A stretch of DNA of 63,220 nt, the filler included, from Welwitschia mirabilis (Eukaryota): NCBI GenBank assembly GCA_051453625.1. It is 5 parts of one record of this genome, joined end to end, with 100 filler letters (N's around TTAATTAATTAA, not from the genome) between each part and the next. Parts side by side here need not be neighbours in the genome. Positions count along the whole stretch, not along the records: positions 33,236 to 53,175 come from JBOZIK010000001.1; 4 more parts are not named here. One strand, 5' to 3'. A program made the position numbers and the translations under genes. This document shows, piece by piece, positions 39,456 through 51,400 of this stretch (positions are counted from its first letter, which is position 1; each line of letters opens with the position of its first letter). Below the pieces are notes generated by a model that saw only the letters and a list, made by a program, of their open reading frames with translations, had not been told where the DNA came from and did no database searches.

Positions 39456-39628
39456 TGATAGAATCGAGAATCCTAAGGGGTTGAATAGGTTCTTTTCAAA
39501 AACTTTAAGCTTAAAATAACTTATTAAAATCTAATCATAGATTTCATATAAACAAATAATGAAATCAAAACCGTGCATATAAGAAATTAAAAATAGAATG
39601 TAAAACATAAAATAGAAACTACTAGTTT
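39456..39628 (-). repeat. SIRE-B terminal (3') LTR end
   Basis: Matches 40518-40690 and 47306-47610; flanked by the TSD, not by a PBS. Confidence 0.85.
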
Positions 39629-39728
39629 NNNNNNNNNNNNNNNNNNNNNNNNNNNNNNNNNNNNNNNNNNNNNNNNNNNNNNNNNNNNNNNNNNNNNNNN
39701 NNNNNNNNNNNNNNNNNNNNNNNNNNNN

Positions 39729-40452
39729 TTATCTGATCTGTTAGATCTGTAATCCTCCTGCACATGTTTCAAAGTAATACCTTTTCTTCTATCTTTAGTA
39801 AATTTAAGTTCATAAGTTTAAACATTACCTTGAAGTTCTTCCAATGCTATTTTATTGATATTTTTGCTTTCTTTAATGGCTACTTGTTACCTTTGGTTCA
39901 AATCTCTTGAGTAGAGATATCAACATTTTCCTTACTACTTTGCTTTCTTCCATGCATTCTCTGAGGCTTCTCATTGAGTTTACTATATCTGTATGTCTAG
40001 CAAAAAATTACTATAAGGTTTTTCATCATTCATATGAATGTATTCAAATCTAAAAATAAGCATTTGTAGTTTGACTTGTTTAATAGTGGATGTTCCTTCA
40101 TATATAACTTCCAAAATATCCTAAGCTTCTTTTGCATAGTTATAGTTCACAATTATTTTAGACTCATTTACACATACTACATAAAAAATGGGATTAAGAC
40201 CACAAGCATCTATTGTGGATTTTTTTTAATCTGTGAACGTCTATTTGTCTCTAGATTTAGAAATCAAAATAGTATTTCCACTTGTATCTATCTGGGATAT
40301 CATAGGCATAGTATGACCTCTGTATATGACCTCTTTTACATCAACATCTAGGGATCTAAGAAAAATCCTCCTCCTGGCTTTCCGATAAAATAGTTTAAAC
40401 CATTGAACATGGGTGAATGGCCAGTCAAAAAATCATCTGTTGGGTTACTCAT
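39729..40452 (-). pseudogene. gag: SIRE-B second gag copy (N-terminal part)
   Basis: ATG at 40452 'MSNPTDDFLTGHSPMFNGLNYF'; homologous to 46535-47239; PBS remnant at 40504-40515. Confidence 0.85.
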
Positions 40453-40517
40453 TTTAGGCTTTTTAAGTATAAATCTATAAAAATCTCTTAAAGACTAACC
40501 TTAGCTTTGATAGTAAA

Positions 40518-41857
40518 TGACAGGATTGAGAACCCTAGAGGAGGGGTAAATATGTTTTTTCAAAAAACTTTAACTCAAAATAACTTAAATGAATCTAATC
40601 TCCAATTGCATATAAATAAATAATTAAAACTAGATCATGCATGTAAGAAATGAAAGATAGAAAGTAAAAAATTAAATAGAAACTACTAGTTTGGATGCAT
40701 GTAGGATTTATAGTGGTTTGAGAACTCCCCTGCTCCACTCTTGATGAATATCTTCTCTTAAGCTTGATCTCAGATCTCTATTACTTTATAGGTTTTACCA
40801 GGCTTACTTGTTAACCCTTATAAGTAAACTTTTATAGGCTAATTCTCAACCTTAATAATGGAATTTTGTAGGATAAGTCTTAACCTTTGATAATAAACTT
40901 TTGTAGGCTAAATCTTAACCTTTGAAAACAAATAGAAGTGATGCAATGAAGCCTTTGTAGCTCTGATATCACTTCTTTAGTATTAGTACATAGAATGGAG
41001 ATCTTCTCTAAATGAATACAGTGATAAAATCCTTAGATTTGATTTTGAGTGACATCCTAATCCAAAAATAGATCTCCTCAATAAGATATGAATCAATAAA
41101 AAAGATGTTCTAATGAAGTATGCTACTTGATCTTATAGATCCATAATGAATATATTAGTTTTGAAAATATGCCAAAAAGATCTCTATGTCATCTCTTACC
41201 TAGGTATCTATAATGAAGAGTTACTAGGATTTGATATAATTGAATTTTAACTTCAATGGCTATAAATGACTAGAAAATAGCTAGGTAATGGTTAGGTAAT
41301 AGATATATAATGTCTATAATATTTACTTTTCTATACCGTTCAGTCGATCCCACAAATATCTGGTCGAATCTATAAGAACTCGGTCATTTCCATCCTGGGT
41401 CTGGTTGACCCCTTGTCTCATGGTCTAAAACTATGAACTTTGTCAGCTTCTCATGTTTGATCGACTCCATCCTGGGTTTGGTTAATCACTTTTCTTTCAA
41501 ACTAGGAATTGATTGTCGTCTCCTCAAATCCAGTCAAATCCATGAATATCTAGTTGATTCTATTCCTCTCGGTCTAGGACTATTGGTTCTTGAGATCATA
41601 GGTCTGATCAACTTCTTTATAATCCGATTAACCCTTCCAGGTTTAGTTAATTTCTATTTTTTGCTTCAGGTGCGGTCATCCCCTTTAGGATCTGGTTGAT
41701 CCCCACTAGAGGTAAACATAACTAAGTAATTTCTATTGTGCATTTTGGTACACATCTTTTACCTGCATAACTCAAACTCATCTACACATAATATCTAACA
41801 AATTTGCACTATACCAGAAGAATTAGTTTGATCTCAATTGGAAAATATAATCTAATA
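40518..41857 (-). repeat. SIRE-B internal LTR (1340 bp), PPT upstream and PBS downstream
   Basis: Collinear with 47306-50072 and gap-free. Contains TAGGCTAAGTCTTAACC repeats and GTCGA/TTGAC motif clusters. Confidence 0.9.
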
Positions 41858-42190
41858 ATATCTCCCATTAACATTGATGGCAAATAATTTAGTGATTTCA
41901 AAGATTTAAATAATTTAAACTCATTTACTAAATATTTTTTAAGAACACATTAAAAAGTAAAAAATCTCCTCTTTACATCAAGACATATACATATGTAAGT
42001 AAAAGGTAAGCTAGATAATCATTTTTACCCCTTTGACTAAATATCATAAAATATTCAAAAATTATAATAAAAAGAGCACATTGAATTGAATATTAAATTG
42101 AAAGCACTACATCTTATCTCCCCCTTTGACATAAATAGCAAATAATAATCATATTTAGGCACTTTTAAAACATATTCTCCCCCTATGTTA
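41858..42190 (-). promoter_or_regulatory. Sirevirus multiple polypurine tracts
   Basis: Plus-strand ATCTCCCCCTTT-like motifs near 41860, 41964, 42025, 42116 and 42175. Confidence 0.85.
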
Positions 42191-42686
42191 GTACCAAATG
42201 ATAAATAATGATAAGCCAAAAATTTTTAAAATATATTAAGACATTTGTAATAGACAAATTGTGCTTTTAAATAAGACAATCTTAAATATGCATAAAATTT
42301 TATCAAAATTACTGATCAAAATAACACTTATGAATTACATATTTAAAAGATATCATTTGAAAACAAACTATAATACTAAATGATAATGTAACATATGATA
42401 AAAACATTTTAACTCATTTTTGCTTGAGATGATAATTTTAATTTTGTTCCAAAGAATATAGCACCCAAGAATATCAAAATAATGCAAGGATTAAGCTCAA
42501 ACATAAGACTAAATTTCATTAATAAAAATAAACTATTACAAAGTTTCATACTGAATAAGAAAGAAAGAAGTGCTTATCAAAAGCATACATCTAAAAAATT
42601 CTATAAAGAAAGGCATAAAACTCTCTTTTTAATAATAAGATTAAAAGAGAGAGCAACATAAAAAATATCTAAAAAATAAGAAGGAT

Positions 42687-43730
42687 TTAATTTGATTCCT
42701 CCTCTTCTTCTTTTTCTTCTTCTTTAGATTCCTTCTCTGAATCTTCTTCATCTCCACTAGTACAAGCAGAGTTGGTACCTTTAGCTAAGGTATCTACAAT
42801 GTCATATCCAGCTAATATGAATGCTTCTTTTATATGTTTTATGTGAGAATCAATCCATTTCAAATATATAAGAGTCTCATCTAGAGATTTTGCCTTTGGG
42901 ATTTCAGAAGGGGATTTCTTCGAAGGAGCAAAAATATGCATGCAAGATAAAGTTGCACATTCAATGGGTGACAAGGGCTGAAGAGTCTCCAAAAAGGAAT
43001 GTAAATTAACATGGAAATGGCAACAAATTTTAGTGATAAGCATAAATTAGGGTAGAGCCATAGTTCTATGGTACTCCAACTGTGAAGTCATATTTTTTAA
43101 TATTATAGCAAGATCATCAATAGAATGCTCAGTTCCTACCAAATACATCAAATAAACTCTATAGTTGAAGACCTCATCATGATGGCTAGCTAAAGGAAAA
43201 AAATTATAAGCAAAGATCAAATGGATAAAGTGATATTTAGGAGGCAACAGAGAAGTAGAAATAGTATGCTTCCAAAAATGCATTTTACTGTAAATCTCTC
43301 TAGTGACTACTGGCTTATCTTCCATTGTGTCCCTTAAAGATCAAAATTCCTCATAGTCTCCTTGAGGAAGATCGATCAGCTTTGAAATAAGATCTATTGT
43401 CACTCTTATCCTTCTACCTAAAACTAGGATTTCTAGAGTACTAGTATCATGATTAAAAAAAGCATTGTAGTAAAACACTCTAGTAAGAAAATGATATGCA
43501 ACACCTAAAACATCTAAGAAATGATCTAAATCTTGATCTCTCAAGAGCTGAATAATATCTCTTAGCTCTCAAAGCTCTGATGAAGCTACAAACCACTCTT
43601 GACACATAGGTTTCTTTTCAAACTTCTCATTGAACTTGTCTAAGACTTCTTCAGATATTTCATAGAAGAAGTAAGAAGGTTCCCTTGAAGCACCTTCCTT
43701 TGAGCCTCTCTTGGAAGTGATGGATGCCAT
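42687..43730 (-). pseudogene. SIRE-B env-like ORF (broken into ORFs 43341-43544, 43047-43325, 42687-43043)
   Basis: ATG at 43730; 'AYHFLTRVFYYN...GRRIRVTIDLISKLIDLP', 'HLIFAYNFFP..SHHDEV', 'ALP*FMLITKI', acidic tail. TATA-like CTATAAAATAA at 43866-43876. Confidence 0.8.
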
Positions 43731-44169
43731 TCTAAGACCTTGAAAAGAAGAAAAACTGAGAAAAACAGTAGATCTAGCTACAAAGATTTTTTAAACTTAA
43801 AGGAACTCACTAGATCTAAAGGCTTGAAGATACTAGATTGAGATGGAAATGGGTTAGGGTTCTAGTTATTTTATAGAATGAAGAAAATAGGGTGGATTTT
43901 ACAAAGAAATTAGGTCCACTGACAGCGTTTTTACACTATAATCTATCAGGTCTGGTCGACCACTCTAATATCCAGTCGACCTATCGATATATGGATTTAT
44001 AGTATTGGAAGGGATCTAGGTGATTAGGCTTCTAGGTTAGTCGACCGACCACATCCAATCAACCAAATCATAGATCCTGTCGACCACTCTGCAATTAGCC
44101 ATAAGACGATTTACTGAAATCCAAATCACTTTTATGATAGATAGAATAACTATCAAAACTAGAGTTTAC

Positions 44170-47100
44170 ATCATAATTGAGAGAAAACATTTAATTTTAT
44201 CACTCTCTTTCCTGAATTATTCATTTTCATGTATTGATTGATCTAGTGTTTTAATATCTAAATTGTAAGCATTATTATTGCATTTTGCACATAAAATGAC
44301 AACATTTGTTTTCTTATTTTCAACTATACATTTATATTTATCAAATATTATTCTACTTCCTTTATCACATAGTTGACTAATACTTAATAAATAGTGTTGT
44401 AAGCCATTCACATAGAGTACATTATTAAGATTAAATAACATACCTCCTTTGATACTTTATATACCTTCTGTTTTTATTGTTTGGTTGTTTTCAAAAATGA
44501 CTTCTACACCATTTATACTCTTTAACCTTTGAAAACTTGATTTATTTCCTATTATATACATCAAACAATTGCTATATAGATACCATCTTTTCACATGAGA
44601 TTCTCTATAATTTATTTGTGACACAAAGCTTTGGAGATTATTAGTTTTAATCCACTTAGTCTTATTTGACTAAGGTAATGTATTTCTTTATAGGATAAAT
44701 TTAAACAGTAAAGCACTTACATGATCAGAGGTAAACATCATATATCTAAATTTGTAGAATAGTTTAAAATAACCAAGTCTACCATAAAAAATGAATAAGA
44801 TATTAGATACAAACTTACTTATTTAGTTTACCTATTTTCAAGAAATCTGTGCTTCAAAACCAATACTTGATTTGTCTCCATTTTGATTTCATATTCCAAA
44901 CATCTATTCTAGTTTAGATGAACTACTAGGAAACTTGTTAACAAAGAATGAAAGATCATTTACTTGAGTATTTAACCTAAAGTTATTGGCTTTGAGAACT
45001 TTATACTTTTCTTTTACTTCCTCCTTTTCTTTTGTGATGGTCTTTACTAATTTATTAAATTCATTGAATCTTTTGGTGAGATTCTCACATTCTTTATATA
45101 ATTCTTGATAAGTTACTTCTAATTAATCTTCCTTCTTATCAATCATATATAAGTCATCTGAGGTAGAAGTACTAAGAACATTCTTGAGAGATGATACTAG
45201 AGCCATAAAGGATAATCTTCTTTCTCTATTTGATCCATGATTTAAGTATTTTTCTTCGTCTTTATCATCTTCATCATCCTAAGTTGCCATCAATGAGCAG
45301 TTTTTAACCTTCCTGCTTTCTCTTCTAGTGTTGGGACATTCATTGACCATATGTCCAAATCCTTTGCACAAATAGCACTAGATTTTCTTTTCCTTATCCT
45401 ATTCTCTTATTTATTTCAGATTGCTTTTCCTTAGATTCCTTCTTAGTTCTCCTTTCTTTTTCTTATATAGAAAATCTTTTAAAGTGTCTGGATAGAAGAG
45501 CCACCTCATCATCATCAAGTTCTTCATCTGATCTATCAGATCTATAATCCTCTTGTACATATTTCAAAGTAATACCTTTTCTTCTATCTTTAGTAAATTT
45601 AAGTTCATAGGTTTGAATGTTATCTTAAAGTTCTTCCAATGCCATTACATTGATATTTTTTTTTCTTCGATGGCTATTACTTTCGGTTTAAATTTGTTGG
45701 GTAGAGATCTTAGCACTTTCCTTACCACTTTGCTTTCTTCCATACATTCTCCAAGGCTTGCCATTAAGTTTACTATATTTGTAAGTATAGCAAAAAATTC
45801 CTGCAAGCCTTCTTTATTATCCATATAAATGTCTTTAAATNNNNNNNNNNNNNNNNNNNNNNNNNNNNNNNNNNNNNNNNNNNNNNNNNNNNNNNNNNNN
45901 NNNNNNNNNNNNNNNNNNNNNNNNNNNNNNNNNNNNNNNNTCATAAAACTTATATATAAAGAATGAAAGATCATTTACTTGAGTATTTAGCCTGAAGTTA
46001 TTGGCTTTGAGTACTTTGTATTTTTCTTCTATTTCCTCCTTTTCTTTTGTGATGGTCTTTACTAATTTGTTTAATTCATTAATTCTTTTGGCAAGATTAT
46101 CATATTCTTCATACAACTCTTGACATATTTCTTCTAACTCATCTTCCTCCTCATCAATCATATTTAAGTCAGCTGATGTTAAAGTACTAGATATATTCTT
46201 GAGAGATGATACTAAGGCCATAAAAGATAATATCCTTTCTTTGTCTGATTCATGATCTGAGTAGTTTTCTTTGTTTTCATCATCTTTATTATCCCAAGTT
46301 GTCATCAATGAGGTGTTTTTAGGTTTGCTTCTTTCTCTTCTGGAGTTGGAACATTTGTTGATCATATGTTAAAATCCTTTACATGAATAGCACTGGATTT
46401 TCTTTTTCTTGTTTTATTCTCTTCTTTATTTTGAATTGCTTTTCCTTGGATTCCTGCTTACTTCTCCTTCCTTTTTCCTATAGAGAAATCTTTTAAAATG
46501 TTTGGCTAGAAGAGCCACTTCATCATTGTTAAGTTCTTCATCTGATCTGTTAAATCTATAATCCTCTTGCATATATTTCAAAGAAATACCTTTTCTTGTA
46601 TCTTTAGTGAATTTAAGTTCATAGGTTTGAAGGTTACCTTGAAGTTTTTTCAATTCCATTGCACTGATATTTTTGCTTTCTTTAATGGCTATTACTTTCG
46701 GTTAAAATATCTTGGACAGGGATCTCAACACTTTCCTTAATAATTTTCTTTCTTCCATACATTCTATGAGGCTTGCCATTGAGTTTACTATATCTATAAG
46801 TCTAGTAAAAAATTTCTACAAGGTTTCTTTATCATCCATATGAATGTCTTCAANNNNNNNNNNNNNNNNNNNNNNNNNNNNNNNNNNNNNNNNNNNNNNN
46901 NNNNNNNNNNNNNNNNNNNNNNNNNNNNNNNNNNNNNNNNNNNNNNNNNNNNNNNNNNNNNNNNNNNNNNNNNNNNNNNNNNNNNNNNNNNNNNNNNNNN
47001 NNNNNNNNNNNNNNNNNTATGAAAGTCCACTGATCTTTAAATTTGGAAACTAAGATAGTATTTCCATTTTCATTTATCTGAGCTATCATAGGCATAGTAT

Positions 47101-47239
47101 AAACTTTGTAAATGACCTCTTCTACATCGACATCTAGGGATCTAAGAAAAATTCTCATCCTAGCTTTCTAATAGAAATAGTTTAAACCATCGAATATGGA
47201 TGGATGACTAGTTGAAAAACCATCATTCGAGTTACTCAT
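44170..47239 (-). pseudogene. gag: SIRE-B gag-protease (gag middle duplicated across a gap)
   Basis: ATG at 47239 'MSNSNDGFSTSHPSIFDGLNYFY*KARMRIFL'; 'VVRKVLRSLPNKFKPKVIAIEE'; zinc knuckle 'CYLCKGFGHMVNEC'; protease 'WYLYSNC'; 'NVLYVNGLQHYLLSISQLCDKG'. Confidence 0.9.
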
Positions 47240-47291
47240 TTTTAGGGTTCTTAAATCTATATCTATAAAAATCTCTCAAAGATTAACCTAT

Positions 47292-47303
47292 GCTCTGATA
47301 CCA
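47292..47303 (-). promoter_or_regulatory. Primer-binding site, tRNA-iMet (TGGTATCAGAGC)
   Basis: Exact reverse complement GCTCTGATACCA, 2 nt from the LTR end. Confidence 0.95.
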
Positions 47304-47305
47304 AA

Positions 47306-50072
47306 TGATAGGATCGAGAACCCTATGGGGGGGGGGGGGGGGGTGAATAGGTTCTTTCCAAAAATTTTAAGCTAAAAANNNNNNNNNNNNNNNNNNNNNN
47401 NNNNNNNNNNNNNNNNNNNNNNNNNNNNNNNNNNNNNNNNNNNNNNNNNNNNNNNNNNNNNNNNNNNNNNNNNNNNNNTAGGTTCTTTCCAAAAACTTTA
47501 AGATCAAAATAACTTAGTAAAATATAATTATAAATTGCATATAAACAAATAATGAAATCAAGGCCATGCATACAAGAAATAAAAAATGGAATTTAAAACA
47601 TAAAACAGAAACTACAGTTTGGATTGAGGCAAGATTTATAGAGGTTCAAAAACTCTCCTACTTTACTCTCAATGATCAGCTTCTCCCAAGCTTGATCTCA
47701 GATCTCTATTACTTCATAGGTTTTGTCAAGTTCACCTATTAAACCTTACAATCAAATTTTTATAGGCTAAGTCTTAATCTCAATAATGGACTTTTGTAGG
47801 TTAAGTCTTAACCTTTGACAATAGACTTTTGTAGGCTAAGTCTCAACCTTTGAAGACAAATAGAAGTGATGCAATGAAGCCTTTATAGCTCTAATATCAC
47901 TTATTTAGTATCATTACATAGAATGGAGCTCTTCTTTAAATGCATACAGTGATGAAGTCCTTAGATCTGATTCTGAGTGACATCCTAATCCAAGAATAGA
48001 TCTCCTCAATCAGATATGAATCAATNNNNNNNNNNNNNNNNNNNNNNNNNNNNNNNNNNNNNNNNNNNNNNNNNNNNNNNNNNNNNNNNNNNNNNNNNNN
48101 NNNNNNNNNNNNNNNNNNNNNNNNNCAAGGCCATGCATACAAGAAATAAAAAATGGAATTTAAAACATAAAATAAAAACTACCAGTTTGGATTGACGCAG
48201 GATTTATAGAGGTTCAAAAACTCTCCTACTCTACTCTCAATGATTAGCTTCTCCCAAGCTTGATCTCAGATCTCTATTACTTCATAGGTTTTATCAAGTT
48301 CACCTGTTAAACCTTACAAGGAAATTTTTATAGGCTAAGTCTTAATCTCAATAATGGACTTTTACAGGTTAAGTCTTAACCTTTGACAATAGACTTTTAT
48401 AGGCTAAGTCTCAACCTTTGAAGACAAATAGAAGTGATGCAATGAAGCCTTTATAGCTCTGATATCACTTATTTAGTATCATTACATAGAATGGAGCTCT
48501 TCTTTAAATGAATATAGTGATGAAGTCCTTATATCTGATTTTGAGTGACATCCTAATCCAAGAATAGATCTCCTCAATCAGATATGAATCAGTACAAAAG
48601 ATGTTCCAATGAAATATGCTACTTAATATTTTAGATCCATAATGAATGTACCAGTTTTGGAAATGTGTCAAACAGATCTCTAAGTTATCTCTTGCCTAGG
48701 TATTTATAATGAAGGATTACTAGGATTTGATATAATTAAATTATACCTTCAACGGCTATAAATGACTAGAAAATGGCTAGGTAATAGCTAGGTAATGGAT
48801 ACATAACATCTATAAGATTTACTTTTCTGTACCATTTGGTCAATCCCACAAATATTCGGTCAACTTCATAAGAACTCAGTTGAGTCCATCTTGGATATGT
48901 TTGATCCCTTATCTTTTAGTCTAAAACTATGAACTTTGTTAGCTTCTCAAGTTTGTTTGACTCCATCTTGAGTCTAGTGGACCCCTTTCTTTTTGGTCTA
49001 GTACTTAACTTTTCGCTCCTCAAATCTAGTTCACCTTATAAATATCTAGTTGACCCCATTCCTCTTGGTCTGAGACTATTGGTTCTTAAAATCATAGGAC
49101 TTATCGACCCCTTTATAATTTGGTCGACTCCTCTAGGTTTAGTTTACTTCTATTATCTACTTTAGATCTGGTTGATTCCTTTAGGATCTGGTTGATCCCC
49201 ACTAAAGGTAAACATAACTAAGTAGTTTCTTTTATGTATTTTGGTCTATATCTTTCACCTTCATAACTCAAACTCATCTGCACACAATATCTAATAAATT
49301 TGCACTACACTANNNNNNNNNNNNNNNNNNNNNNNNNNNNNNNNNNNNNNNNNNNNNNNNNNNNNNNNNNNNNNNNNNNNNNNNNNNNNNNNNNNNNNNN
49401 NNNNNNNNNNNNTGCCTAGGTATTTATAATGAAGGGTTACTAGGATTTGATACAATTGAATTACACTTTTAACGGCTATAAACAACTAGAAAATGATTAG
49501 GTAATAGCTAGGTAATGGATATATAACATCTTTAAGATTTACTTTTCTATACTATTTGGTCAATCCCACAAATATTCGGTTAACTTCATAAGAACTCAGT
49601 CGAGTCCATCTTGGATATGATTGATCCCTTATCTTTTAGTCTAAAACTATGAACTTTGTTAGCTTCTCAAGATTGTTTGACTTCATCTTGAGTCTGGTGG
49701 GCCCCTTTCTTTTTGTCTAGGACTTAACTTTTAGCTCCTCAAATCTAGTTCACCTTATAAATATCTAGTCAACCCCATTCCTCTTGGTCCGAGACTATTG
49801 GTTCTTAAAATCATAGGACTTGTCGACCCCTTTATAATTTGGTTGACTACTCTAGGTTTAGTTTACTTCTATTATCTACTTTAGATCTGGTTGTTTCCTT
49901 TAAGATCCGGTTGATCCCCACTAAAGGTAAACATAACTATGTAGTTTCTTTTATGCATTTTGGTCTATATCTTTTACCTTCATAACTCAAACTCATCTAC
50001 ACACAATATCTAATAAATTTGCACTACACTAGAGGAATTAGTTTTACATCAATTGGCAAATATAATCTAACA
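47306..50072 (-). repeat. SIRE-B 5' LTR, assembled as overlapping duplicated pieces
   Basis: 47560-48025 is repeated at 48126-48590 and 48695-49311 at 49413-50030, each across ~100 N. The non-redundant length matches the 1.34-kb internal LTR. Confidence 0.88.
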
Positions 50073-50077
50073 CCATT

Positions 50078-51330
50078 ATCAACCCTTTTCGTATGCATTT
50101 TATATTTGATAAAATAATAATATTTCTTTGTCTCTATTCTTTTGTTAATTACATCATTGCCATGCTACTGTTGCAGACTCATAATTAGTTGTTGATGAAA
50201 TGCATTAAAAAAAAGATAAGAATCATTACAATAGACATGCACTATCAATTTTTTTGTATGCTTAATTTGTTTTGATTAAGGTTGGGAAGCATTTCTGAAA
50301 TTTGAAGTTTTTATTTAAATGTGTATTATAGATTTGTTACACAACATTTGTAGTTGGGGAGTGGGAAATTTTCTTTGACATATGGACTCCTAGACGTTTC
50401 TGCTAATAGCACAACCATAGACCATAATGTGCTGGTAACATATACCCAAATCGCTTCTTACTTGCAAATGTAGTACTTATCTATTGGGATCCATTCAAAC
50501 TAGGCTTTCTTCATTGAAAAATATTGCAATTCTTAAGTGGGCCTTATCAACAAATAATTAGTAAGGAAAAAGGTTTTTATATAGCATTAACTCATTGGTG
50601 TAATGGGAGGAAGTCAGTTATGGAGGAACAGATGATAGTAGTTTAATTTGATGTGCACAAATTGCCCTAGCCATTTTAAGAAAGCCAATGATTATGTCTA
50701 ATGTGTAAAGGCTTAACTGCCTTCTATGAATGCCTCAAGATAAATTTTTAATGCTCACTATCACACAAATGTTTTAGTGTTTTAAATGATTTCCAACGCC
50801 ACTTTCACTGCTTCCAAGATTTTCTATTAATTTTCTAATCATACTCCTCCCCCTTCTTTCTAACTAGAAAAATAAAGCTTTTGATTTATATCTGCGTTCC
50901 TGGCTTTCTTTCTTGCAAGGGTGTTCATAGATTCAAACATGAGATGAATAATGAAAATAACCTATGATTCCAATTTCATGCTCATAGTTTGTCAAATAGC
51001 TCAGGAAATTAAATCCATGATGCATAGGGTCAAATGTAGGTAAGATAGTTTAATGACAGTAATTAATGATTAGTATAATCCTAACAGTTGCTTATTACTA
51101 AACAGTAGGTTGGATATTCTATTCTTAACATGCTTATCTAATTGTTTTAAATTAAATTTTATTAATTTCAACATAGGAGGTCTCTTAAATTTCTCTCATT
51201 CCTTACTAATAATATTTTACTATATGTTATTTAATGGTATTTAAATAATTATAGGTAGAGGGAAAGCATACATCAAGGTCCTTAACTTTTGCTAAATAAT
51301 ACCCTCTTTCTTGCATTAAATCCATAATTT
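50078..51330 (+). pseudogene. Putative PMD pseudogene, 3' part, apparently with introns
   Basis: In order: 'YTTF..G' / 'GKFSLTYGLLDVSA' (~50340-50405), 'SAFLAFFLARVF...FMLIVCQIAQ' (~50891-51005), 'LNFSHSLLIIFYYML' (~51185), 'QGP*LLL' (~51274). GT donors at 50091 and 51040; pyrimidine tract + AG at 50844-50867. Confidence 0.45.
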
Positions 51331-51400
51331 TAAATATTAAATCAAATTAAGAGGCTTACTTAATGCCCATGCTTTAACTCTTTTAAAGAAAAGGGGAAAG

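Larger units (their letters stand above)
39456..50072 (-). mobile_element. Sirevirus element B: TSD-bounded, three LTRs, gag-PR-env, no INT/RT/RH
   Basis: TG...CA termini with a perfect 5-bp TSD CCATT (39451-39455 and 50073-50077). Perfect tRNA-Met PBS at 47292-47303, gag, protease, env-like ORF and multiple PPT. Confidence 0.9.

Noticed and set aside
41433..41699. Repeated hydrophobic ORF 'MNFVSFS...' (also 48929-49165)
   Set aside because: It is an antisense reading of LTR U3 motif repeats; recurrence is explained by LTR duplication.
47327..47343. G17 run as a G-quadruplex element
   Set aside because: It is a slippage expansion, or homopolymer error, of the C-rich Sirevirus LTR end; the other two LTRs have short runs.
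51385..51400. Purine run AAAGAAAAGGGGAAAG as a PPT of a plus-strand element
   Set aside because: The adjacent LTR has the same orientation as the minus-strand Tekay LTR, so a plus-strand PPT does not fit. Probably flanking sequence.
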